Source: Clostridia bacterium
Lineage (GTDB): Bacteria; Bacillota; Clostridia; RGIG6154
Length of the DNA: 64,000 nt
Reading direction: 5' to 3'
NCBI GenBank assembly: GCA_045593265.1
Contig: JAZNWH010000131.1
Location: forward strand, 9,422-73,421
The position numbers were made by a program, and so were the translations under genes. A model generated the notes under the pieces. It ran no database searches and was not told the DNA's origin. It saw only the letters and a program-made list of their open reading frames with translations. Positions within the stretch are counted from its first letter, which is position 1. Each line of letters opens with the position of its first letter. Positions 1-8,723 of the stretch are shown one piece after another.

Positions 1-2
1 TT

Positions 3-1454
3 GTTTCAGGAAGCATCATAAAAGTTTTCCAGTGTCCGTCAACAGGATATACATGGATAAATGCTAAGAGTATGAATGCAATCAGTGGAGAGCCTGAAAT
101 GCTTTATGACGATGTAGTTGTATTCGGCGAAAAAGAATATCGTCTGGCAAAGGACTGGGAGCTTTTTGTAGATGCGAAAAAAGACGATACTTCAATTATA
201 TCTTCTCAAAGACCAAAGGAGCTTGCTTTGGGTGTAAATACAACGTTTTATGTAATTGATGATGTAATTGCAGCATATACATCGACTCAGTCATACAAAT
301 ACGGTTATATCAAGAGTGTATCACAGTCAAGAACAAGCCTTGACCCTGACATTACAGTAAGAATGTTTACTCAGGATGCTGAATGGATAGATTTTACAGT
401 ATCTGAAAAAATAGAGTTTGAAGGTCAGGCAGGATTAAGCAAGGATGCCGTTTTAGAGGCAATTAACAGCGGTGAAGAAAGATTGGCTCATTTCTTTGAC
501 CATCCTGTAAGATTCCGTGCAAACAGCGAAAATAAGCTTCTTGCTCTTGATACAATTTATGAATCTCAGTATGAAGCTAATACAGATGATGATATTGTAT
601 TTACTCAGTACTGTGGTATGGCACGAGACTGGACATATGAAGGTGTAGGAAGAGACAATCCTTTCTTCCTGGCAGAAAGCACAGTTATCTTTGTTGCTCC
701 TGACGGAAGCAATGATGAAAGTGAATTTAAGATAATTACCAATACTCAGATGCCAACTGCAAACGGTTCAATTCTTGTACCTACTAAAATATATAACTTA
801 AATGATTATTGCCAGATTTCACTTATGGTTATGACAAGAAGCTTGAATTCTTCTTCAAGTGCTGAAAAGGCTTACTACTATGTAGAAAAAATTTCTCAGG
901 CTGTTATAAATGCTGAAGACCAGATTTATGGTTACAAGGTATCCGGCAAGCAGTTTGTAGGTATTTCAAGAGGTAACGGTGTATTAAAAGACTTCTACTT
1001 CTACGCCGACGAAAAAATGATGAATAAAAATGAAATTGAGCCGGGAGAAGAAGGATATGACGAAGTAACATATAAAAATAATGTCTTAGAAGTGGGAGAC
1101 TTTATAAGTGCAGTGGTTTCAGGTACTGATGTAGCTTCGTGGGATATGCAGTTAAAGGGTGGTGTTATTCCTGAACCTACACCTGCTGACGATGATGTAT
1201 CGGATAAAAACAATCTGAGTACGGACCAATATGTGGCAGTCGGAAAATTTGTTCGCGCAGATGCTGCAGGCGGTGTATGGGTTGCTAACGTAGACGGAGT
1301 TAATATGCCTGTTATTCCTACAGTTAAAGCTATTATTAATCCAAATACAAAAGAGATTATTTCAGCTACTGTTTCAGACTTTATCGAAGGCGAAAAAGTT
1401 TACTACCATTGGCAGTACGGACGAGGCAAATTCTTCATAAAGAACGAATATTAA
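3..1454 (+). CDS. S-layer-like surface protein, 3' part (5'-truncated by window edge); paralog of 26485-29178
   Basis: Frame is open from base 3 (VSGSIIKVFQC...). Shares RTSLDPDITVRMFTQDAEW / RTSLDPELTLRLYTQNGEW, ENKLLALDT / ENKIFALDT and YYVEKI...YGYKV / MYVENI...YGYRV with the 897-aa protein. Confidence 0.75.
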   Translation, partial: VSGSIIKVFQCPSTGYTWINAKSMNAISGEPEMLYDDVVVFGEKEYRLAKDWELFVDAKKDDTSIISSQRPKELALGVNTTFYVIDDVIAAYTSTQSYKYGYIKSVSQSRTSLDPDITVRMFTQDAEWIDFTVSEKIEFEGQAGLSKDAVLEAINSGEERLAHFFDHPVRFRANSENKLLALDTIYESQYEANTDDDIVFTQYCGMARDWTYEGVGRDNPFFLAESTVIFVAPDGSNDESEFKIITNTQMPTANGSILVPTKIYNLNDYCQISLMVMTRSLNSSSSAEKAYYYVEKISQAVINAEDQIYGYKVSGKQFVGISRGNGVLKDFYFYADEKMMNKNEIEPGEEGYDEVTYKNNVLEVGDFISAVVSGTDVASWDMQLKGGVIPEPTPADDDVSDKNNLSTDQYVAVGKFVRADAAGGVWVANVDGVNMPVIPTVKAIINPNTKEIISATVSDFIEGEKVYYHWQYGRGKFFIKNEY

Positions 1455-1459
1455 TTTTA

Positions 1460-1486
1460 TTACAGGGCGTATTTTACGCCCTGTAA
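1460..1486 (+). terminator. Strong stem-loop after surface-module gene D (terminator or mRNA-stabilising hairpin)
   Basis: TTACAGGGCGT-ATTTT-ACGCCCTGTAA perfect inverted repeat; no clear plus-strand U tract. Confidence 0.55.
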
Positions 1487-1515
1487 AATTCATATACACA
1501 AAGGAGATTGGCTAA

Positions 1516-2316
1516 ATGAAAATAATTGCAAATCATGCACATATCTTTCAAAAGGAAGTCAGGGAAGACGGAACGGTTGATGCACTTAAAAATTTTTTGG
1601 ATGAATGTGAAATTGACAAAGCAGTTTGCTTTGCACCTTTTTCAAATTATTTCAATTCAAATGGCGAAAGTCCTTCAAGGTGGATGTATGAACAGATTAA
1701 AAATGACGACCGTTTGCTCGCTTTTGGCACAATAGATTTTACAAAAGATAATGTTGCAGAACAGACGGAAGAGATATATCAGATGGGACTTTCGGGCATA
1801 AAGATGCATGCAGCTTTTCAAAAGTTTAAGCTTGATGAAGAAAAAGCCTGCAAGGTTTATGAGGTAGCTGAAAAAAGAGGTATGCCCATATCCTTTCATA
1901 CAGGTATTCATTGGCACAGAATTTCAAGCTATAACACTCTTTTATACGATGAAATTGCATATAAATTTCCAAATCTTAAAATCTGTATGGAGCATGTAGG
2001 TGGATATCATTTTTTCAACGAAGCTATGGCAGTAATGAGCAATAACGGAAAACGTATTTATGCAGGTCTTACAAGTGTTCTTCATAAAGATACACATAAA
2101 TACTGGTATTTAGGAAAAGACAAGATTAAGGATTTGATATGGATGAATGGTATAGATCAGTGTGTTTTCGGACTTGATTTTCCTTACACAAAACCAAGTC
2201 AAATAAAAGATGCGATAGTACAGCTCAATGAATGTGTAGAAGAAATGGACCTTGGTGAAGAAGCAAAAACGAAGGTTTTTGGTAAAAATCTGTTAAGAAT
2301 GATTGAAACGAAATGA
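1516..2316 (+). CDS. Amidohydrolase_2-family TIM-barrel metallohydrolase
   Basis: N-terminal NHAH (HxH), GIKMH, ISFHTG, CMEHVGG and VFGLDFPY motifs; AAGGAG RBS. Confidence 0.8.
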   Translation: MKIIANHAHIFQKEVREDGTVDALKNFLDECEIDKAVCFAPFSNYFNSNGESPSRWMYEQIKNDDRLLAFGTIDFTKDNVAEQTEEIYQMGLSGIKMHAAFQKFKLDEEKACKVYEVAEKRGMPISFHTGIHWHRISSYNTLLYDEIAYKFPNLKICMEHVGGYHFFNEAMAVMSNNGKRIYAGLTSVLHKDTHKYWYLGKDKIKDLIWMNGIDQCVFGLDFPYTKPSQIKDAIVQLNECVEEMDLGEEAKTKVFGKNLLRMIETK

Positions 2317-4112
2317 GAGTGATGCAAATGCTTAATAAAAAATATATTAGCTGTGATTTGTGTGTGATTGGCGGGGGAATGGCAGGACTTACTTCTGCTA
2401 TTTCTGCAGCAAGGGAAGGACTTAATGTTGTTCTTATGCACGAAAGACCCGTTTTGGGTGGAAATGCCTCCTCTGAAATCCGTATGTGGGTATGTGGTGC
2501 TCAGGGCAGAGATAACCGCGAAACAGGAATAATAGAGGAAATAGCTCTTGAAAATCTTTATCGCAACCCTACAAAAAGCTATGCTATATGGGATACGGTA
2601 TTATATGATTTTGTACGCAGGGAGAAAAATATTACGTTGCTCTTAAATTGCACATGTATGGATGCAGAAACCGAAAAGGGGGAATTTGCATACAGAAGAA
2701 ATACAAGGATTAAGAGCATTACAGGATATCAAATGACAACTCAGTGCTTTTATGAGGTAGAAGCTAAATTTTATTGCGACAGTTCGGGAGACAGTATTTT
2801 AGCACCTCTTTGCGGAGCAGAATTTCGGATTGGGCGTGAAGGCAGCGATGAATTTGGAGAAGATACCAAAGTTAAGACTGCAGATAATATGACAATGGGT
2901 ATGAGTTGCCTTATTCAGGGGAGAGAAACAAATAAAGAAATAAAATATATCCCACCTCAGTGGAGCACGCAACTGACTGAAAAAGACTTTGAAAACAGAG
3001 ATCCTGACATATATAAAACAAATGAGAATTTTTGGTATCTTGAGTTGGGTGGCGATAGAAATACAATTGATGATACCGAGATTTTACGGGATGAGCTTAT
3101 CGGTCTTGCAACAGGAACATGGGATTATATTAAAAATTCTGGGAATTTTAATGCAGCAAAATGGGATTTGGATTTTCTGGGATTTTTACCGGGTAAGAGA
3201 GAGTCTCGCAGGATGTGTGGTGAATATATGATTACTCAGCGTGATATCAGTGATAACAGAGTATTTGAAGACGAAATAGCATTCGGAGGATGGCCTCTTG
3301 ATGACCATTATCCAGGTGGTTTTTATCATAAAGGTATGCCAAATACAAATGTTTCAACACCTAAGCCTTATTCCATACCATACAGGTCGTTGTATTCCAA
3401 AAATGTTGAAAATCTGTTTTTTGCAGGTAGAAATATAAGTATGACTCATATGGCAATGAGCAGCATACGAGTAATGGCAACCTGTTCACTCTTAGGCGAA
3501 GCAGTTGGTAAGGCAGCAGCTATTGCTGTTAAAAATAGCTTTACACCTCACGATGTATACTGTTATAAAATTGAAGAGCTTCAGGATATGCTTATGAACG
3601 GTGATTGCTTTCTCCCGTCAAAAACAAGAAAAATATCTCAGGTTTGCAAAAAGGCGGAGCTTAATATTGCGCAAGATACCATCAGAAACGGACAGGATCG
3701 TGCTCACTCTTTATATAATACCGATGAGACAAACTGTTCGTATATTGCAGCCTCAGGTGAGGAAATAATGTATAGCTTTGATGAAACTAAGGTTACTTCC
3801 GTGCATATTGTTTTTTGCAGCGATTTAAATCGTGATACTCTTCCGGGTGATATCAGTGAGCGTACACATTCAACTCGTGCGAATCAGCTTATTGACAGTC
3901 CGCAGATGTGTATGCCTCTAACACTTTGCAGAGAATTTAAATTAACAGGAGAATTGAATGGAATAGAAACAGAGCTTTTACATATTTCTGACAACAGAAA
4001 ACGGGCATATCATTTAAATATAAATCAAAGATTAGATAAGCTTACTTTGACAGTAGCTTATAACTGGGGAAATAACAATAAAATTCCGTTGATTTCCTTT
4101 GATTTTGAATAG
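2313..4112 (+). CDS. FAD-dependent oxidoreductase (FAD_oxidored-type); start may be ATG 2328
   Basis: VIGGGMAG Rossmann motif, LGGNASSE, DSSGD, KRESRR, YSIPYRSLYSKNVENLFFAGRNIS, SSIRVMATC. Confidence 0.85.
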   Translation: MRVMQMLNKKYISCDLCVIGGGMAGLTSAISAAREGLNVVLMHERPVLGGNASSEIRMWVCGAQGRDNRETGIIEEIALENLYRNPTKSYAIWDTVLYDFVRREKNITLLLNCTCMDAETEKGEFAYRRNTRIKSITGYQMTTQCFYEVEAKFYCDSSGDSILAPLCGAEFRIGREGSDEFGEDTKVKTADNMTMGMSCLIQGRETNKEIKYIPPQWSTQLTEKDFENRDPDIYKTNENFWYLELGGDRNTIDDTEILRDELIGLATGTWDYIKNSGNFNAAKWDLDFLGFLPGKRESRRMCGEYMITQRDISDNRVFEDEIAFGGWPLDDHYPGGFYHKGMPNTNVSTPKPYSIPYRSLYSKNVENLFFAGRNISMTHMAMSSIRVMATCSLLGEAVGKAAAIAVKNSFTPHDVYCYKIEELQDMLMNGDCFLPSKTRKISQVCKKAELNIAQDTIRNGQDRAHSLYNTDETNCSYIAASGEEIMYSFDETKVTSVHIVFCSDLNRDTLPGDISERTHSTRANQLIDSPQMCMPLTLCREFKLTGELNGIETELLHISDNRKRAYHLNINQRLDKLTLTVAYNWGNNNKIPLISFDFE

Positions 4113-4137
4113 AAAGTGTTGATTAATAAAAAAACGC

Positions 4138-4176
4138 TAATCTGTGCGTAGTTCACGGATTACTGCTTGTTTTTTT
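4138..4176 (+). terminator. Probable intrinsic terminator
   Basis: TAATCTGTG-N7-CACGGATTA stem followed shortly by a T tract. Confidence 0.4.
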
Positions 4177-4427
4177 GTGCAGAAGAAAAAAAGTAAAAAA
4201 TCTGCAAGAATTAAAAAATTGTCGTGATTTTTTATCGTTTGAAGCCGAAAAAATGATGCTTAAAATTGGGTGATATATTTGCTAAAGAAATGCGATAATT
4301 TTCTGTTTTTGTGCTTCCTTTATGCACCGACACTGCCTTATATTTCACCAAAAAAATAATTATATCAGATTATAAATATGATACAAGTTATATGTCTTAT
4401 TTTTATAAAAAACATCGATTATATGTA

Positions 4428-4456
4428 TTGCCTTAATTTTGAAATGATATTATAAT
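4428..4456 (+). promoter_or_regulatory. Sigma-A-like promoter
   Basis: TTGCCT-N17-TATAAT. Confidence 0.5.
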
Positions 4457-4562
4457 TCTAATAATTACGATAACATTTTAATACATCTTGCGTAAGATGT
4501 AGTCTGTAGAAATGTTTCTTGATGATTTGGAGTGTATAGTCGATGGTATATACGAATAAAAT

Positions 4563-4593
4563 GAGCCTCCGGGAAAATATTCCTTGGAGGCTC
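4563..4593. terminator. GC-rich hairpin
   Basis: GAGCCTCC...GGAGGCTC 8-bp inverted repeat with further inner pairing. Confidence 0.45.
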
Positions 4594-4599
4594 AAACTA

Positions 4600-4628
4600 T
4601 TGTATCGTAGATAGAATTGTGATATAAT
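4600..4628 (+). promoter_or_regulatory. Sigma-A-like promoter with extended -10, upstream of the structured repeat region
   Basis: TTGTAT-N17-TATAAT with TGn directly before the -10. Confidence 0.55.
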
Positions 4629-4652
4629 AATAGAGAAATTGTGTTTATTATA

Positions 4653-4720
4653 CGCTCCGCGAAGATTTAATAAGTGCGTACGAAATTTTCCTCACTAGGT
4701 TCGGAAACGCACATGCACAA
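4653..4720 (+). repeat. Partial, diverged copy of the SD-flanked structured element (6682-6855, 33007-33185)
   Basis: CTCCG..GATTTAA..GTGCGTACGAAATTTTCCTCAC..GTTCGGAAACGCACATGCAC aligns with the central hairpin of the two full copies. Confidence 0.65.
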
Positions 4721-4936
4721 TTATACCAAATTCCTTTGGAATTATGGTATAATGATTTCAAGCAAAGCTTGAAATCAATGAATTGCCTTCGGCATGAATT
4801 GAAATCATAAATTTCATGAATTGAGCCTATGGCTCATGAATTGCACCTAACGGTCCATTAAGGCAATTCAATTCATGGAGGATGCCGAGAATTCATGATG
4901 GAACATCAATTCACGACAACATAGTTGCCAATTCAT
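4720..4936 (+). ncRNA. Candidate structured ncRNA or REP-like hairpin array (4x ATGAATTG then 4x CAATTCAT-like)
   Basis: ATGAATTG at 4778, 4794, 4816, 4836; inverse copies at 4869, 4889, 4907, 4929; most spacers are themselves mini-hairpins; two larger hairpins at 4720-4777. Confidence 0.5.
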
Positions 4937-4988
4937 TTTAAATCTTGTCATCCAGATTATACAGCCTTTATATAATTCAATTAAATTA

Positions 4989-5003
4989 TGTGATAAAATC
5001 ACA
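4989..5003 (+). promoter_or_regulatory. Crp/Fnr-type operator upstream of trxB
   Basis: TGTGAT-AAA-ATCACA palindrome; the same motif and flanks occur upstream of trxA (8628-8642); Crp/Fnr gene in the cluster. Confidence 0.6.
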
Positions 5004-5056
5004 GAAAATAAAAAAACTATAATATATAATAAAACTGACATAGGAAAGGAGCTGAT

Positions 5057-6016
5057 GTGAATATGACAGCTTTGAATAAAGATATAGTTTACGATATGAT
5101 AATAGTTGGTGGAGGTCCGGGAGGATACACATCAGCACTTTATGCTGCAAGAGCCGGATTTAATGTTTTGGTTCTTGAAAAATTTTCAGCAGGCGGACAA
5201 ATGGCGTTGACACATCAAATTGACAATTATCCCGGATTTGAGGATGGAATTGACGGATTCTCGCTTGCTGATAAAATGAAAAAACAGGCGGAACGCTTTG
5301 GTGCAAAAAGTGAAAATTCCGAGGTAATTAAAGTTAATCTTACGGTAAATCCAAAAGAAATAGAAACTGCAAAGGGAACATTTTTATCAAAAACAATCGT
5401 ACTCGCAGCAGGGGCAAACCCAAGAGAGCTTGGTGTTGACAAAGAAAGTGAACTTACAGGACGAGGAGTTGCATACTGTGCCTCCTGTGATGGAATGTTT
5501 TACAGAGGCAAAACTGTTGTTGTGGTTGGTGGAGGAAATACTGCTGCTGCAGATGCAATTCTTCTCAGCCGTATTGCAAAAAAGGTTATTATTGTTCATC
5601 GCAGAGATACCTTGAGAGCAACAAGGATATATCATGAGACTTTAATGAATGCAGAAAATGTGGAGTTTAAATGGGATAGTACGGTTACGGAGCTTCTGCA
5701 TGAAGATAAAATAACAGGGGTTAAGATTAAAAATGTCAAAACAGGAGAAGAAAGTATAATTGATTGTGATGGTGTATTTGTAAGCATAGGCAGAAAGCCT
5801 GCAACTGATTTCCTTGGAGATCAGCCTGAATTGGATGAGAATGGATACATCATTGCAGACGAAACGACAAAGACAAGCATCCCTGGTGTGTATGCCGTTG
5901 GCGATATAAGAACTAAACAGCTACGTCAAGTGGTTACTGCTGTTTCGGATGGTGCAATGGCAGTTCATTCGGCAGAAGAATATCTTGCTGAAGAACATAA
6001 AGGAAGTGAAAAATAA
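5057..6016 (+). CDS. trxB: Thioredoxin-disulfide reductase
   Basis: GGGPGG FAD motif, YCASCDG redox motif, VVGGGNTA NADPH motif, HRRD, GVYAVGD. Confidence 0.95.
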   Translation: MNMTALNKDIVYDMIIVGGGPGGYTSALYAARAGFNVLVLEKFSAGGQMALTHQIDNYPGFEDGIDGFSLADKMKKQAERFGAKSENSEVIKVNLTVNPKEIETAKGTFLSKTIVLAAGANPRELGVDKESELTGRGVAYCASCDGMFYRGKTVVVVGGGNTAAADAILLSRIAKKVIIVHRRDTLRATRIYHETLMNAENVEFKWDSTVTELLHEDKITGVKIKNVKTGEESIIDCDGVFVSIGRKPATDFLGDQPELDENGYIIADETTKTSIPGVYAVGDIRTKQLRQVVTAVSDGAMAVHSAEEYLAEEHKGSEK

Positions 6017-6678
6017 TGCAGTATTTAATATCGTTTCTTGAAGGAATTATCACTTTTATATCGCCTTGCTTACTTCCGATGCTACCCATATACATTTCAT
6101 ATTTTGCAGGCGGAGGCGAAAGAACAACCACAAAAACATTGAACTGTGCTGTCGGCTTTGTAACAGGGTTTACTATTGTTTTTGTAATGCTTGGAGCATT
6201 GGCAGGAACAGTTGGAGGATTCCTTCGTGAATACCAGACAACAGTAAATATCATTTCGGGACTGATTGTGATAATTTTCGGACTGAATTTTCTTGGAGTA
6301 TTTAAGCTGAATATCTTCAAAGGAAATCAGCGCTCTGTTAAAACAGATGATATGGGATTTTTCTCTGCAATGCTTTTGGGAATTATCTTTTCCGTAGGCT
6401 GGACTCCTTGTGTGGGGGCATTTCTTGGCTCTGCATTGATGCTGGCATCTCAGCAAGGTCATATATCAGAGGGAATGCTGATGCTGCTTAGTTATTCCTT
6501 AGGACTTGGCATACCATTTATATTAAGTGCGGTGTTGATTGAATACCTCAAATCGGCATTTAACTGGATTAAGAGAAATTACAAAATCATTAACCTTATA
6601 AGTGGTAGTCTGCTTGTTATAATCGGTATTATGATGGCAACAGGCACACTTGGGCAGCTTTTAAATCTGCTCAGTTAG
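6016..6678 (+). CDS. ccdA: CcdA/DsbD-family membrane disulfide transporter
   Basis: ISPCLLPMLP and GWTPCVGAFL motifs; about six hydrophobic segments. Confidence 0.9.
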   Translation: MQYLISFLEGIITFISPCLLPMLPIYISYFAGGGERTTTKTLNCAVGFVTGFTIVFVMLGALAGTVGGFLREYQTTVNIISGLIVIIFGLNFLGVFKLNIFKGNQRSVKTDDMGFFSAMLLGIIFSVGWTPCVGAFLGSALMLASQQGHISEGMLMLLSYSLGLGIPFILSAVLIEYLKSAFNWIKRNYKIINLISGSLLVIIGIMMATGTLGQLLNLLS

Positions 6679-6681
6679 GAG

Positions 6682-6855
6682 GTAACGTGAAAGTTCCTTT
6701 CCCGTTACGCCTCCGGCGGATTTAATTGCCCGTGCGAAAATTTCTTTGCATTTGCAAAGAAACGCACATGGGCGTAATAATCTCTTATCATTCCTTACCA
6801 TGCGGATAAGAGAATTTAATTACTATTTGTGTCGATGTATGGCGGCGGAATGGAG
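6682..6855 (+). ncRNA. SD-flanked ~175-nt structured element, copy 1
   Basis: Colinear and highly similar to 33007-33185; several hairpins; lies between AGGAGG (6677-6682) and GGAG-ATTACT-ATG. Confidence 0.65.
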
Positions 6856-6861
6856 ATTACT

Positions 6862-7440
6862 ATGAAAAATAAGAAAACACTAATAATACTTATTCTTGTA
6901 TTTGTTGTTTTGCTCGGTGGTGCGTATATCCTGTACTCTCAGCTTGGTGAGTCGCAGACACCCGATCAGCTATCCATGCAACAACAGGAAAATAATGAAT
7001 CAGGAACAGAGAAGCAAGATAGTCAGAAAACATTAGCACCAGATTTCACAGTTTATGATGCTGACGGAAATGAAGTTAAGCTGCATGACTTTATAGGTAA
7101 GCCAATAGTCCTCAATTTCTGGGCAAGCTGGTGTGGTCCCTGTCAGATGGAAATGCCGGACTTTCACGAAAAATATCTCGAGCTTGGTGATACAATAAAC
7201 TTCCTTATGGTAAATATGACTACCGGACGTGAAACCTTAGAGAGTGCAAAGAATTTTATTGCGGAAAAAGAATACACATTCCCGGTGTTTTATGATATAA
7301 AATCTGATGCTGCTGCAGCATACGGAGCATATTCGCTTCCGACAACATATTTTATTGATGATAGAGGCTATGCTATTGCTCAGGCTACAGGTGCTATTGA
7401 TGGTGAAACTCTTCAGCGTGGAATCGATATGATAAAATAA
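6862..7440 (+). CDS. TlpA/ResA-like membrane-anchored thiol:disulfide oxidoreductase
   Basis: N-terminal anchor, APDFTVYD, NFWASWCGPC, SLPTTYFID; start placed at the ATG after the GGAG supplied by the element. Confidence 0.9.
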   Translation: MKNKKTLIILILVFVVLLGGAYILYSQLGESQTPDQLSMQQQENNESGTEKQDSQKTLAPDFTVYDADGNEVKLHDFIGKPIVLNFWASWCGPCQMEMPDFHEKYLELGDTINFLMVNMTTGRETLESAKNFIAEKEYTFPVFYDIKSDAAAAYGAYSLPTTYFIDDRGYAIAQATGAIDGETLQRGIDMIK

Positions 7441-7444
7441 ACTA

Positions 7445-7476
7445 TCCGCCAGGGACAATCCTCGGCGGAATTTTTT
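7445..7476 (+). terminator. Intrinsic terminator
   Basis: TCCGCC...GGCGGA stem followed by TTTTTT. Confidence 0.6.
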
Positions 7477-7566
7477 CTGCCATAAAATTGTTTGTTTTGT
7501 TGATTGTATAAATCCAGTTTTTGTGATACAATAAATAAAAAAGATAGATTTACGAGGATAACTATT

Positions 7567-8220
7567 ATGGAATTTCAAAGCTACTTTCCAATATGGGATA
7601 AATTAAATAAAGCAGAGCAAGACCGCATCACAGACAACTTGATTACCAGAAAGGTAACAAAAGGAACTGTAATTCATAACGGCAGTATGGAATGCACAGG
7701 ACTTCTTTTGATAAAAACAGGACAGCTTCGTGCTTATATCCTATCTGATGAAGGCAGAGAAATTACAATCTACCGTCTTTTCGACAGGGATATGTGCTTG
7801 TTTTCAGCCTCTTGTATTATGCGTTCCATTCAGTTTGATATAACAATCGAAGCCGAAAAGGATACCGATTTATGGATTATTCCTGCAGAACTTTACCAGA
7901 GTATTATGAAAGAATCTGCACCCGTTGCCAATTACACAAACGAGCTTATGGCAACAAGATTTTCTGATGTAATGTGGCTGATAGAACAGATTATGTGGAA
8001 GAGTCTTGATAAGCGTCTTGCAGCATTTCTTCTTGAGGAATTTTCTATAGAGGGAACAAAAAAACTAAAGATTACTCACGAAACCATTGCTAATCATCTT
8101 GGCTCTCACCGTGAGGTAATGACGAGAATGCTTAAATATTTCCAAAACGAAGGAATGGTTAAGCTCTCCCGTGGTATGATAGAAATTACAGATTCTGAAA
8201 AACTTGGAAGCTTAAGATAA
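7567..8220 (+). CDS. Crp/Fnr-family transcriptional regulator
   Basis: cNMP-binding-like region (GQLRAY..SDEGREITIY) and C-terminal HTH ITHETIANHLGSHREVMTRML. Confidence 0.9.
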   Translation: MEFQSYFPIWDKLNKAEQDRITDNLITRKVTKGTVIHNGSMECTGLLLIKTGQLRAYILSDEGREITIYRLFDRDMCLFSASCIMRSIQFDITIEAEKDTDLWIIPAELYQSIMKESAPVANYTNELMATRFSDVMWLIEQIMWKSLDKRLAAFLLEEFSIEGTKKLKITHETIANHLGSHREVMTRMLKYFQNEGMVKLSRGMIEITDSEKLGSLR

Positions 8221-8223
8221 ATG

Positions 8224-8256
8224 AATGTCCGCCGATGATGAAATCTGGCGGACATT
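8224..8256. terminator. Bidirectional terminator between crp and trxA
   Basis: AATGTCCGCC / GGCGGACATT inverted repeat between convergent genes. Confidence 0.7.
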
Positions 8257-8263
8257 TTATGTT

Positions 8264-8569
8264 TTACAGTAATTCGAGAATTGCGTCTTTCGGTTTTGCT
8301 CCCATTGACTGATTTGTGATTTTGCCATCTTTGATAACTACCAGTGTTGGTATGCTCATAATACCGAACTGTGCTGCAAGCTCTGACTGCTCGTCCACAT
8401 TGACCTTGCCAACTTTGATGTCAGGACGTTCCTCGGCAATTTCCTCTACGATAGGTACTACCATGCGGCAAGGTCCGCACCACGGTGCCCAGAAATCCAA
8501 GAGAACAGGTCTGTCTGAATTTAAAACTTCACTTTGAAAATTGTTTTTATTGATATTTATAGCTGCCAT
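8264..8569 (-). CDS. trxA: Thioredoxin
   Basis: DFWAPWCGPC and SIPTL motifs; GGAGG RBS before ATG 8569 (shorter than the track ORF). Confidence 0.95.
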   Translation of the reverse strand: MAAININKNNFQSEVLNSDRPVLLDFWAPWCGPCRMVVPIVEEIAEERPDIKVGKVNVDEQSELAAQFGIMSIPTLVVIKDGKITNQSMGAKPKDAILELL

Positions 8570-8627
8570 ATTGTTATCCTCCTTTTTCTTTTGTGTCTTT
8601 ATACTACCACAACTTTTTATGTTTTTC

Positions 8628-8642
8628 TGTGATATTATCACA
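8628..8642 (-). promoter_or_regulatory. Crp/Fnr-type operator upstream of trxA
   Basis: On the minus strand ATGTGATAATATCACAGAAAA, matching ATGTGATAAAATCACAGAAAA upstream of trxB. Confidence 0.6.
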
Positions 8643-8723
8643 TAAAACACATATAATCCCGTAACAAAATATGACATACTTTAAATAAAGAAAAGGGACA
8701 TTCAATTTTGGGCAAAAAATAAG

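Noticed and set aside
4778-4936. CRISPR array
   Set aside because: Repeats are only 8 bp, spacers 8-20 bp, orientation flips midway, and no cas genes are present.
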